64,000 bases of DNA from an uncultured Methanosarcinales archaeon. GTDB taxonomy: Archaea; Nanobdellota; Nanobdellia; Woesearchaeales; CAZYIM01. Under the pieces are notes generated by a model, which was not told the origin of the DNA, ran no database searches, and saw nothing but the letters and a program-made list of their open reading frames with translations. Positions 1 to 7,617 of the stretch are shown here, piece by piece; position 1 is the stretch's first letter, and every line of letters begins with the position of its first letter. Made by a program: the position numbers and the translations under genes. The stretch spans positions 32,001 through 96,000 of the forward strand of contig CAZYIM010000002.1 of NCBI GenBank assembly GCA_964647565.1, written 5' to 3'.

Positions 1-984
1 TTCCATTGGATCGAGAGCCATAATGTTTATGCTACGCATGAAGAAGCTCTTGCTCAGGTAAAAGAAGACATGGAAATAACTCTTAAGCTGCTTCAAGATG
101 AGTTTGCAATCCCTGCCATCTTCTTCAAGAGGCCGCAATGGGATAAGTTTGCAGGAGCCCTGAATACCTATGCTGCAGATGCTTTGATGGATTCAGGAAA
201 GGTGCTTCAATTGCCTTCCACCCATGATCTTGGTCAGAACTTTGCCAAGGCTTTTGGTGTTAAGTTTGTGGATAAGGATGGTAGTGAAAAGCACGGTTGG
301 ATTACATGTTATGGCCCTGCTATCAGCAGGATCTATGGTGCTATGATAGCCCTTCTTGGAGATGATAACGGGTTAGTGTTACCTTTTGACCTGGCACCTT
401 TGCAGGCTGTGATTGTTCCTATTCTATTTGATAAGAGTTCGGATGCTGTTTTGAAGAGATGTAATGAGGTGAAGAAGCAGCTGGAGAAGCTTGGCCTTAG
501 TGCCAAGGTTGATACTCGTGATGAGAAACCTGGCTTTAAGTTCCATCATTGGGAGCTAAAAGGCGTGCCTATAAGGATTGAGGTCGGCCCGAAGGACCTG
601 GAAAATAAGCAGGTTGTGTTATGCAGACGGGATATAGGTGAGAAGACTGCAGTAGCTGACAAGGATTTTGATAATGTTGTCAAGGATATTAAGGCGGGCT
701 TTACAGATAATATCAAGAAAAAACATTTCAAGAAGTTTGAGGACAGGATGGTTAATGCAAAAAACACTGCTGACATCAAGAAGGGTCTTGATTCTGGTAA
801 GATAGTTCGTTGCGAATTCTGTTCAGATGGTCTTGACGGCGTTCCTTGCGCAGAGGTTGTTGAGAAAGAATGCGGCGGCTTTGTAAGAGGTACAAGAGCA
901 GACAAGGAAGAGGAACCAAAAGGCTATTGTGCTATCTGTGAGAAGGAATCCAAAGAAATTGTCTATATTGCTAAGAGCTATTAA
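1..984 (+). CDS. proS: Prolyl-tRNA synthetase, archaeal/eukaryotic type (5' end outside the window)
   Basis: Frame is open from base 1 (FHWIESHN, motif-2-like). Also THDLGQNFAKAF, anticodon-binding LAPLQAVIVPI...PGFKFHHWELKGVPIRIEVGPKD, and a C-terminal Zn domain ending IAKSY. Confidence 0.95.
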   Translation, partial: FHWIESHNVYATHEEALAQVKEDMEITLKLLQDEFAIPAIFFKRPQWDKFAGALNTYAADALMDSGKVLQLPSTHDLGQNFAKAFGVKFVDKDGSEKHGWITCYGPAISRIYGAMIALLGDDNGLVLPFDLAPLQAVIVPILFDKSSDAVLKRCNEVKKQLEKLGLSAKVDTRDEKPGFKFHHWELKGVPIRIEVGPKDLENKQVVLCRRDIGEKTAVADKDFDNVVKDIKAGFTDNIKKKHFKKFEDRMVNAKNTADIKKGLDSGKIVRCEFCSDGLDGVPCAEVVEKECGGFVRGTRADKEEEPKGYCAICEKESKEIVYIAKSY

Positions 985-1166
985 AGGATTATTTCTTTTT
1001 TAAGTATGTCAACTTCTAGCTCTCTTTTTTCTATTGAGAAGTTAGCCTGTAATATGAATGTGACTAATATCACATTCTCTATCTCACCATTGTTCTCTTT
1101 AATTATGGTGATAGTCTGCTCTGCCTCAAACTCCGGCAGTTTCTCTAGTTCTTGGAGTTCATTCAT
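981..1166 (-). CDS. Small hypothetical protein (61 aa)
   Basis: ATG-initiated ORF convergent on proS; a TATA-like TTTATATA with BRE-like CGAAA lies upstream at about 1195-1211 on the minus strand. Confidence 0.4.
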   Translation of the reverse strand: MNELQELEKLPEFEAEQTITIIKENNGEIENVILVTFILQANFSIEKRELEVDILKKEIIL

Positions 1167-1315
1167 TCTATATAGGTATACTTATTTGTATACTTATATA
1201 TAAATGTTTCGAAAATATTAATTTTCAAAGCCTCAAAATCTTCGATTTTTTATGTTTCGATTGTTTGTTGTTGGTATATTCGTGCTTACAAATCTATAAT
1301 TTTTCGTTACTTTTT

Positions 1316-1345
1316 AGTAGTAAAATAACCGAAAGTTTTATAAAT
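1316..1345 (+). promoter_or_regulatory. Archaeal BRE/TATA promoter with upstream AGTAGTAAAA box
   Basis: AGTAGTAAAATAACCGAAAGTTTTATAAAT, about 80 nt before the ATG at 1424. Confidence 0.6.
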
Positions 1346-1423
1346 GGAGACATAACCTGGGAATTGATTTTAATTTTTTTTTTTTATTCAGGTTAAATAT
1401 AAACTAGAATATGAGGCGAGAAA

Positions 1424-2095
1424 ATGAAAGAAGATGATTTTTTGATGAAAATATATAAAGACGTACTTGAGATAAGCAGTGGCAATGAGATTGATGAAAA
1501 CTCATTCAACATGCTGAACTCCCTTGGATTGGCAGGACATGTTGATGCTGCTCATTATGAAAAAGGAAAACAAATGAGGTTCCCACATCTGGGTGCTCAG
1601 AAAAATCTATGGTTGAATCCAGAAGGTGCTGCTAAGACTGAAGAAGGCGACAAGTTCACAATAGTAGATAAAACCAATACTGAAGACTTGAAGCTCATTG
1701 TTGAATCTGCAGCTCTTGAATTTGATATGTGTGAATGTAGGGACGGTAAAGACTCTTATCAGGGAATAACACAAGAGTATGGCGCTTTATTGCTTAAGGT
1801 GCAAGATGCATTATTCAATACATTCCGACAGGAAGCAGGCGATGATTGTCCCAGTTTTGCAGGTTTTAGTGAGTTTAAAGAACGCGCATATGATATCATT
1901 GATAGGATGGATCTTGATGATCATAGTACAATGCGCATCAAGTTTGGCGGTATGATCATGCCCACTATGACTGTAAAGACAGTCAGTGATTTTGCTGGGG
2001 AAAGCGTACACAGCAAGTTCACCAAGGCTGTATATGAGAAGCGGCTTGATGGTATGGTTGACAGGATACAAACTGCTTACCAGAATCTAGATTAA
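1424..2095 (+). CDS. Hypothetical protein (223 aa)
   Basis: Clean ORF with GAGG before the ATG, an upstream promoter and a T-rich terminator; no motif recognised. Confidence 0.75.
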   Translation: MKEDDFLMKIYKDVLEISSGNEIDENSFNMLNSLGLAGHVDAAHYEKGKQMRFPHLGAQKNLWLNPEGAAKTEEGDKFTIVDKTNTEDLKLIVESAALEFDMCECRDGKDSYQGITQEYGALLLKVQDALFNTFRQEAGDDCPSFAGFSEFKERAYDIIDRMDLDDHSTMRIKFGGMIMPTMTVKTVSDFAGESVHSKFTKAVYEKRLDGMVDRIQTAYQNLD

Positions 2096-2128
2096 TTCTT
2101 TTCTTCTTTTTTTCTTTTTCTTTTTATT
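2096..2128 (+). terminator. Oligo-T archaeal terminator
   Basis: Pyrimidine/T tract (TTCTTTTCTTCTTTTTTTCTTTTTCTTTTTT) directly after the stop codon. Confidence 0.55.
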
Positions 2129-2171
2129 ACCGTAATATTTTAATAATAGTTAGTTCAGGATTTGTTTTAGG

Positions 2172-3614
2172 TTGAAAGAGAAGAGGTTTGTTAGTTTTTT
2201 GTTAGTTGTAGTTTTATCTATGGCTTTGGCTCTTGTTTTTTTGGATTTTGTTCCTTCTGGTGGTTTGGCGGGTGTTGGTTTGAGTTGTGATTCTGTTTGT
2301 TTTGATGGTGGTTATAGTCGTGGTTTTTGTTTGCCTGAGAGTGCGGGTTGTGTTATTGAGGGTAGTGTTCATGAGGGTGTTGGTGATGTTTTTTGTTCTG
2401 AGCGGTTGTCTGTTGATTCTTTTTGTTGCTGTTTGGGTATTAGTCAGGATACTGATGGGGACCGAAATGTTTTGACTAAGTCTGTTGGTGTTGAGTTTGT
2501 TTATGCGGTTGGTCAGAGGGTTGCGAAGGTTGAGGGTGAGGATGTTTTCTTTTTTGTGAATGATCATTTGGGTAGTCCTAGGCGGGTTTTGGATGTTGGT
2601 GGTGCTGTTGTTTCTGAGTTGGATTTTTTGCCGTTTGGTGGTGAGATGACTGCTAGTGGTGAGGATTTTAAGTATACTGGCAAGGAGTTGGATTTTGATT
2701 CTGGTTTGCATTATTATGGTGCTCGTTTTTATGATTCTGTTCTTGGCAGGTTTGTTACGCCGGATATTGTTGAAAAGTTTCCTAATCCTTATGTCTATGT
2801 TGCGAATAATCCTATGAGAAATATCGATCCTACAGGTGAGCAGGTTGTGAATCTTGCTGGCCGGCAAAAACAATTAGCAGCCGTAACTAGTTGGACCAAA
2901 AAACACATGCCTGAGCCTGTCTATAATGTCCTGAATTTTGTTTTAGGATTCGATGAGTCTATGGAGACTAGAATGAAGAATTCACTGACAGATATGCTCC
3001 TGCCTATGTCTTCAGTTGAAAAGGTTGCTAAGAAGGGGGGTAGCAAGATACTTGACAAGGTGGGATCCTGGTTTCGGAAAAAGTTCAGATCTGCGCCAGT
3101 TAAGCAATATGGTCCTCATTCTAACAGGGAATTCGGAAGGATATACAACCAATTGCGAGAGTGGGGTGCTGATTGGGAGGCGGACGATTTTCTTAAGCTT
3201 CACCAGGCAGACCAGGTTCAATACGGAGATCTGGGATTTAATGTGTTTGTAAGCAAGAATCCGACTGGAGGATACTGGAAGTCCAGTGATATATTTACTG
3301 ACAGGCTAGGTGGTCGAATCAATCTGGGACCTGAGCTTGGTGTCACAATAATGGATATGCCGCGAGTCCCTTACTTTTGGGGGTTTGGTAGAAAACGAAT
3401 GAAAGATGCCACTGCCTTTGAGGCTTCGGTTGTGATGCACGAACTTCAGCATAAGATGAATCCTGGTATGTCTGAAAAAGGAGTGGTTTGGCAGACCATT
3501 CGTCGAAAGCTAGGGTTGGATGTGGACTACATGCGGCCTAGCGAGGATTTTGTGCTGATTAATAACAGGTTAAGTGATAATTATCTAGACATGGCTAAGA
3601 ACGGTATCAAATGA
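2172..3614 (+). CDS. Rhs-core cassette 1: N-terminal TM/signal, Cys-rich domain, RHS-associated core, HExxH-containing C-terminal tip
   Basis: Hydrophobic N-terminus; CxxxC...FC...CCC domain; NDHLGSPR, FKYTGKELD, LHYYGARFYD, NPYVYVANNPMRNIDPTG; VMHELQH in the tip. Confidence 0.9.
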   Translation: MKEKRFVSFLLVVVLSMALALVFLDFVPSGGLAGVGLSCDSVCFDGGYSRGFCLPESAGCVIEGSVHEGVGDVFCSERLSVDSFCCCLGISQDTDGDRNVLTKSVGVEFVYAVGQRVAKVEGEDVFFFVNDHLGSPRRVLDVGGAVVSELDFLPFGGEMTASGEDFKYTGKELDFDSGLHYYGARFYDSVLGRFVTPDIVEKFPNPYVYVANNPMRNIDPTGEQVVNLAGRQKQLAAVTSWTKKHMPEPVYNVLNFVLGFDESMETRMKNSLTDMLLPMSSVEKVAKKGGSKILDKVGSWFRKKFRSAPVKQYGPHSNREFGRIYNQLREWGADWEADDFLKLHQADQVQYGDLGFNVFVSKNPTGGYWKSSDIFTDRLGGRINLGPELGVTIMDMPRVPYFWGFGRKRMKDATAFEASVVMHELQHKMNPGMSEKGVVWQTIRRKLGLDVDYMRPSEDFVLINNRLSDNYLDMAKNGIK

Positions 3615-3720
3615 AATACATTTTCAAAAACTCACAAAACTTGAGGTTTTGCAAGGCTTTTTATTGCGAAAACTAGCAAAACTTTTTGGTGCGTTTTGAA
3701 GTTTTCCCATCTTTGCGATG

Positions 3721-3737
3721 CGAAAACTATTTAAATA
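3721..3737 (+). promoter_or_regulatory. BRE/TATA promoter of the Rhs shell operon
   Basis: CGAAAACTATTTAAATA upstream of a GAGGG RBS at 3761-3765. Confidence 0.55.
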
Positions 3738-3771
3738 ATTTCATCAAGAGGAATATCGAAGAGGGATACTC

Positions 3772-6700
3772 ATAAAAAAAGTAGGTTGGGTTTTAGTTGT
3801 TATTGCATTACTGCTTCTTAGTTCTATCTTCATCTATGCAGATGGTGATGAGGGTGAAGGAGAGGAGAATGAGAATCCTACTGACTTAAACAAGGTCATC
3901 GGCACTCCTGATGACAGGTTTGAGGTTGTGCCTACCAATTTCCAGAACATAGATCTTTTTTCTGGGGAGATTAGCGAGTCAATCCCGCTTTTTAGTTTGT
4001 CTGGCAGATCAGGCATGGGATTTTCGCTCGCTGCAAGCTATACCTCGAATTATGATGCTGAGAAAGAGAACAGCGAGCAGCCTGCTGGCTGGCTTGGACT
4101 TGGCTGGAACTTTGGATTTGGGGCTGTTACTGCGAATACAAAGGGAACCGCTAATTTTGAGGATGACACCTTCTATCTTAATAATGAGAAGCTTATCAAG
4201 ATCCCTGGAACAGAGAACCAGTACAAGCTGAAGAATTATCGTTATGTCAAGATCTTTCGGGTGGTAAAAGACAGCAAGATCAACTATTGGGTTGTCTATA
4301 ATGAGGATGGTTCGATGACCATCTTTGGCCAGGTGCCCAATGCTATTTCATATATGATCGGCAAGGGCGACTGGGTTGGCAATGTCTTTGAGGGTGATAC
4401 TGAGCTTACGCCCACTGCTTGGCATCTCTACCGGCAGTCTGATGGCTTTGGTAATAAAGTGACTTATCAGTATCAGAAGACCGATGAATATCTTAAGTCT
4501 GACAGTTGGCAGTCCAAGTATCCATATACAAAAGCCATCTATCCTAAAAAGGTGATAGATACAATTGGGAGGGAGATTGTGTTTAATCTTGCTAACAAGG
4601 AAATTGATGAATATTACGATCCTTATCCATTTCCAGAGCCAGATTCCTATATAGAGTTTTATGAAGATAAATATCTGGACAACATTGTTGTCTATAATCC
4701 AGATAAGACTCAGTCACAATCTGTGACATTTGAATATGAGCTGGTTGGAAGTGGTCAGTTCAAGAAGAGGCTTTTAAAATCAATAACCAAGTCTATATAT
4801 AATGGCGGCCAATGGAATCCGCTTCCAAAGACAGTCTTTAACTATAATGCTGTTTCTGAGTTAAAGCCTGCGGCTCTTAAGAAGATCGAGCATCCTACAG
4901 GCGGTTCGACAGAGTACCAATATAAGGAACAGGAGTTGGCTTACACCAAGCTTGACGGTTCGCTTCAACAAGATCAGACTCAGGTCGGTTATCTTGGCAA
5001 CAACTATATGGTTGTCAAGCATGGTTCTGTTAAAAGCAATAACTATTATTTCCTTGGGAAATATTCTGTTGCCAGAGACATCAGTGTGTATAACTGGGAT
5101 GGCCATAAGTGGGCGGACAAGCAGGATTTTGCAATTAGCACTGACAAGAGGAATCTTCACATCCATTCAGGCCCTGATTATTTCCTTGTAAGGCCTGTCC
5201 AGTCTGACGAGTTTACTATGTTCCAACGGCATGGGGATAAATGGGAAAAGGAGACAACTATTAAGTTTGATCACCAGTTTGAGATAAGTGGAAACCTTGA
5301 TCTTGCTGAACAGACCTATGTTACAGAGAAAGAGATTTCAGTCTATCCGATGCAGGACAATCTTTTCTTGGTCTATGGTAGGAATCATCATAAGGTCAAG
5401 GCATATCATAAGAAGCTGAATGCTCAGAACAGAGTTGAATGGAGTCAGGTTACTCTTCCTAAGCATCAGTTCTCTGGTTATGTCAGAGTCTGGCCAAGCA
5501 ATAATTTCTTTGTGCTCAGACATGGTTCTGAAGGAAAGAAGATTGATGTCTATAACTGGGAGAATGACAAATGGATCAGGAAGAACAATGCAATGAATAT
5601 CGGTGCTGGAGTCATGGATGTTACTGTCGGAGATGATTTCTTCATAATAACAGATGCAGACAAGAAACTGCATATCTATGAGTTCAAGGGTGATTCATGG
5701 GTTGAGGTCCAAAATAAAAATTTGGCTAATAGCCATCTGGCCAAGGTCTCTGCTGGAAATAACTTTTTTGTATTGGGATATTTTAACGGGGATAATGTAA
5801 AGCTCTTTGAGAGGATTAACAATCATCAGTGGCAGATAGAGTCCTCTGCAAAAACCCTTTTTACATCTTCAAGTGGTCATAAGATCTTTGATGTCTTTGC
5901 TAATAATAAATATATAGCTATTGTCACGAGAAAGAAAACAGATCACAGCCACACATATTATTTTACTGTCTTCAATAAGATCAATAACCAGTGGGTGCAG
6001 AAAAAGACCAATGAGAAAATCGGCAAGGTATTTACTCAGGGTCAGTATCAACTCCAGGAGAACAACTGGAGATATAGCGATATATCTGCCCAGGTCTCTT
6101 TTGGTAAGGATCTGTTGACAGTTTCATTATTGGACACCACGTATCAACAGACAGAGAGTTTTGATGTTATAGCTCCTGATAATCCGATTAATCCTAATTA
6201 TCAGGCTTATCAGAGATGTAATGCTAATTACCAGGCCTGCCTGACACCTTGTGAATCATATAACACCAATTCATATGGTGGTCAGTTCCCATTGCAGGAA
6301 TGCCAGCTTGATTGCGGTTCGTGGAACAATAATACCTTTTGTTTCTCTGTCAATGAATTATACAGCAGTGTTTGTGAAAGTTTTAAGAGCTGCCTGACTG
6401 GATTTGCCAGTTCATGGTCTAATAAGTTATTGAGTTGCCAGAGCCAATGCAAGAGTGATTGCAGCACTGCAGAATCCAACTATGTTCCTGCTGCTAACTA
6501 TCAATATGACCAGTGCAGAAGGGGTTGTGCTGATGCATATGAGTATAACCGGGACGGTTTTAGCTGTGCCAAATGTTTTTGGTCTGATTTAGGTGAAATA
6601 TGTAATTTTGGTGAATGCAGTTGGGATAAATTGGGTGGTGGCGTTAGTGCTGCCAGATGTCATAAGGACCACTATGAGTATCCTCTTTCCAAATATTTGT

Positions 6701-7617
6701 TTAATGTTGGTGGAAGCAAGAAAGCCTATTATTTTGATGGCACTGATTGGCAGGTCCTTGATGACAGTGAGGAGGACATGGCCTTGCAGTTTGAAATAGA
6801 CCAACGGCAAGGAACTTCTGTAGGTTTCTTTGATTCCAGGGTCCTTGAATATGACTATGGTTTTGCTACACCTGAACTTTATTATGATACTATTGCATTG
6901 GCTGGTCCTAAAGTGGATAAGAACAACCTGCCTAAGATGACCAAGTTCTACAAGTCTGCTAAGAACAGGGCAAAGGGCAATGCAGTGACTTATCCAATAC
7001 AATCCAAGATTGTGGATGATGGTATTGGCCAGAAGATTACATATAGTTTTGACTTTGCAGAGGGCAAGCATGACTCAACCTTAAATACTGTTCAGTTCCA
7101 TAAGGCCACTGTTAACATGCCTGCAAATTCAGGTAGGATTGTAAATTATTTCTACAATGGATTGAGCAAGGAGGATGGCAGCCAGTTCCCTGACAAGGTT
7201 GGAGGTCTTAATTTTGAAAAACTAAATGGTCTCACATACAAGTCTGAGACTCTGGCAGCAGACAGCAGCAAGGTTGGAGAGTCCTATAACCAATATGAAA
7301 TTATCAACAAGGGCCACTCGTCTTTCCTTGTACGCGGAACAAAATCAGAGACCAGTGTTGATGGAGTTACTTTGTTTACTGAATACGAGTTTAATGAACT
7401 TAATGGCATGCCTAAGAAGACCATTGTCTATGACGCAAAGAATCCATCTAAGAAGCTCATCACTGAATCAAGATTTGCATTTGAGCAATATCCTGAAATG
7501 AAGGTTTACAATATGCTTACACAGCCCTTTGAGACCAAGACATATATTAATACACAGCTTGTCAGGGTCAATAAGGTTGCATATAAAAATTGGAAAATCA
7601 GCGGAGGCGGTAACTAG
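3772..7617 (+). CDS. Secreted SpvB/TcB-like N-terminal Rhs shell protein with beta-propeller-like repeats and a Cys-rich insertion; probable ATA start
   Basis: IDLFSGEISESIPL...GMGFSLAASY...GWLGLGWNF resembles the SpvB/TcB N-terminus, and YD-type strands are present (DGFGNKVTYQY, HPTGGSTEYQY). The frame is open upstream of the GTG at 3928 and encodes a signal peptide, IKKVGWVLVVIALLLLSSIFIYA|DG. Confidence 0.8.
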   Translation: MKKVGWVLVVIALLLLSSIFIYADGDEGEGEENENPTDLNKVIGTPDDRFEVVPTNFQNIDLFSGEISESIPLFSLSGRSGMGFSLAASYTSNYDAEKENSEQPAGWLGLGWNFGFGAVTANTKGTANFEDDTFYLNNEKLIKIPGTENQYKLKNYRYVKIFRVVKDSKINYWVVYNEDGSMTIFGQVPNAISYMIGKGDWVGNVFEGDTELTPTAWHLYRQSDGFGNKVTYQYQKTDEYLKSDSWQSKYPYTKAIYPKKVIDTIGREIVFNLANKEIDEYYDPYPFPEPDSYIEFYEDKYLDNIVVYNPDKTQSQSVTFEYELVGSGQFKKRLLKSITKSIYNGGQWNPLPKTVFNYNAVSELKPAALKKIEHPTGGSTEYQYKEQELAYTKLDGSLQQDQTQVGYLGNNYMVVKHGSVKSNNYYFLGKYSVARDISVYNWDGHKWADKQDFAISTDKRNLHIHSGPDYFLVRPVQSDEFTMFQRHGDKWEKETTIKFDHQFEISGNLDLAEQTYVTEKEISVYPMQDNLFLVYGRNHHKVKAYHKKLNAQNRVEWSQVTLPKHQFSGYVRVWPSNNFFVLRHGSEGKKIDVYNWENDKWIRKNNAMNIGAGVMDVTVGDDFFIITDADKKLHIYEFKGDSWVEVQNKNLANSHLAKVSAGNNFFVLGYFNGDNVKLFERINNHQWQIESSAKTLFTSSSGHKIFDVFANNKYIAIVTRKKTDHSHTYYFTVFNKINNQWVQKKTNEKIGKVFTQGQYQLQENNWRYSDISAQVSFGKDLLTVSLLDTTYQQTESFDVIAPDNPINPNYQAYQRCNANYQACLTPCESYNTNSYGGQFPLQECQLDCGSWNNNTFCFSVNELYSSVCESFKSCLTGFASSWSNKLLSCQSQCKSDCSTAESNYVPAANYQYDQCRRGCADAYEYNRDGFSCAKCFWSDLGEICNFGECSWDKLGGGVSAARCHKDHYEYPLSKYLFNVGGSKKAYYFDGTDWQVLDDSEEDMALQFEIDQRQGTSVGFFDSRVLEYDYGFATPELYYDTIALAGPKVDKNNLPKMTKFYKSAKNRAKGNAVTYPIQSKIVDDGIGQKITYSFDFAEGKHDSTLNTVQFHKATVNMPANSGRIVNYFYNGLSKEDGSQFPDKVGGLNFEKLNGLTYKSETLAADSSKVGESYNQYEIINKGHSSFLVRGTKSETSVDGVTLFTEYEFNELNGMPKKTIVYDAKNPSKKLITESRFAFEQYPEMKVYNMLTQPFETKTYINTQLVRVNKVAYKNWKISGGGN

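Noticed and set aside
2214..2873. 219-aa minus-strand ORF rich in T/N/K/I
   Set aside because: Shadow of the G+T-skewed Rhs gene; the skew removes stop codons on the opposite strand.
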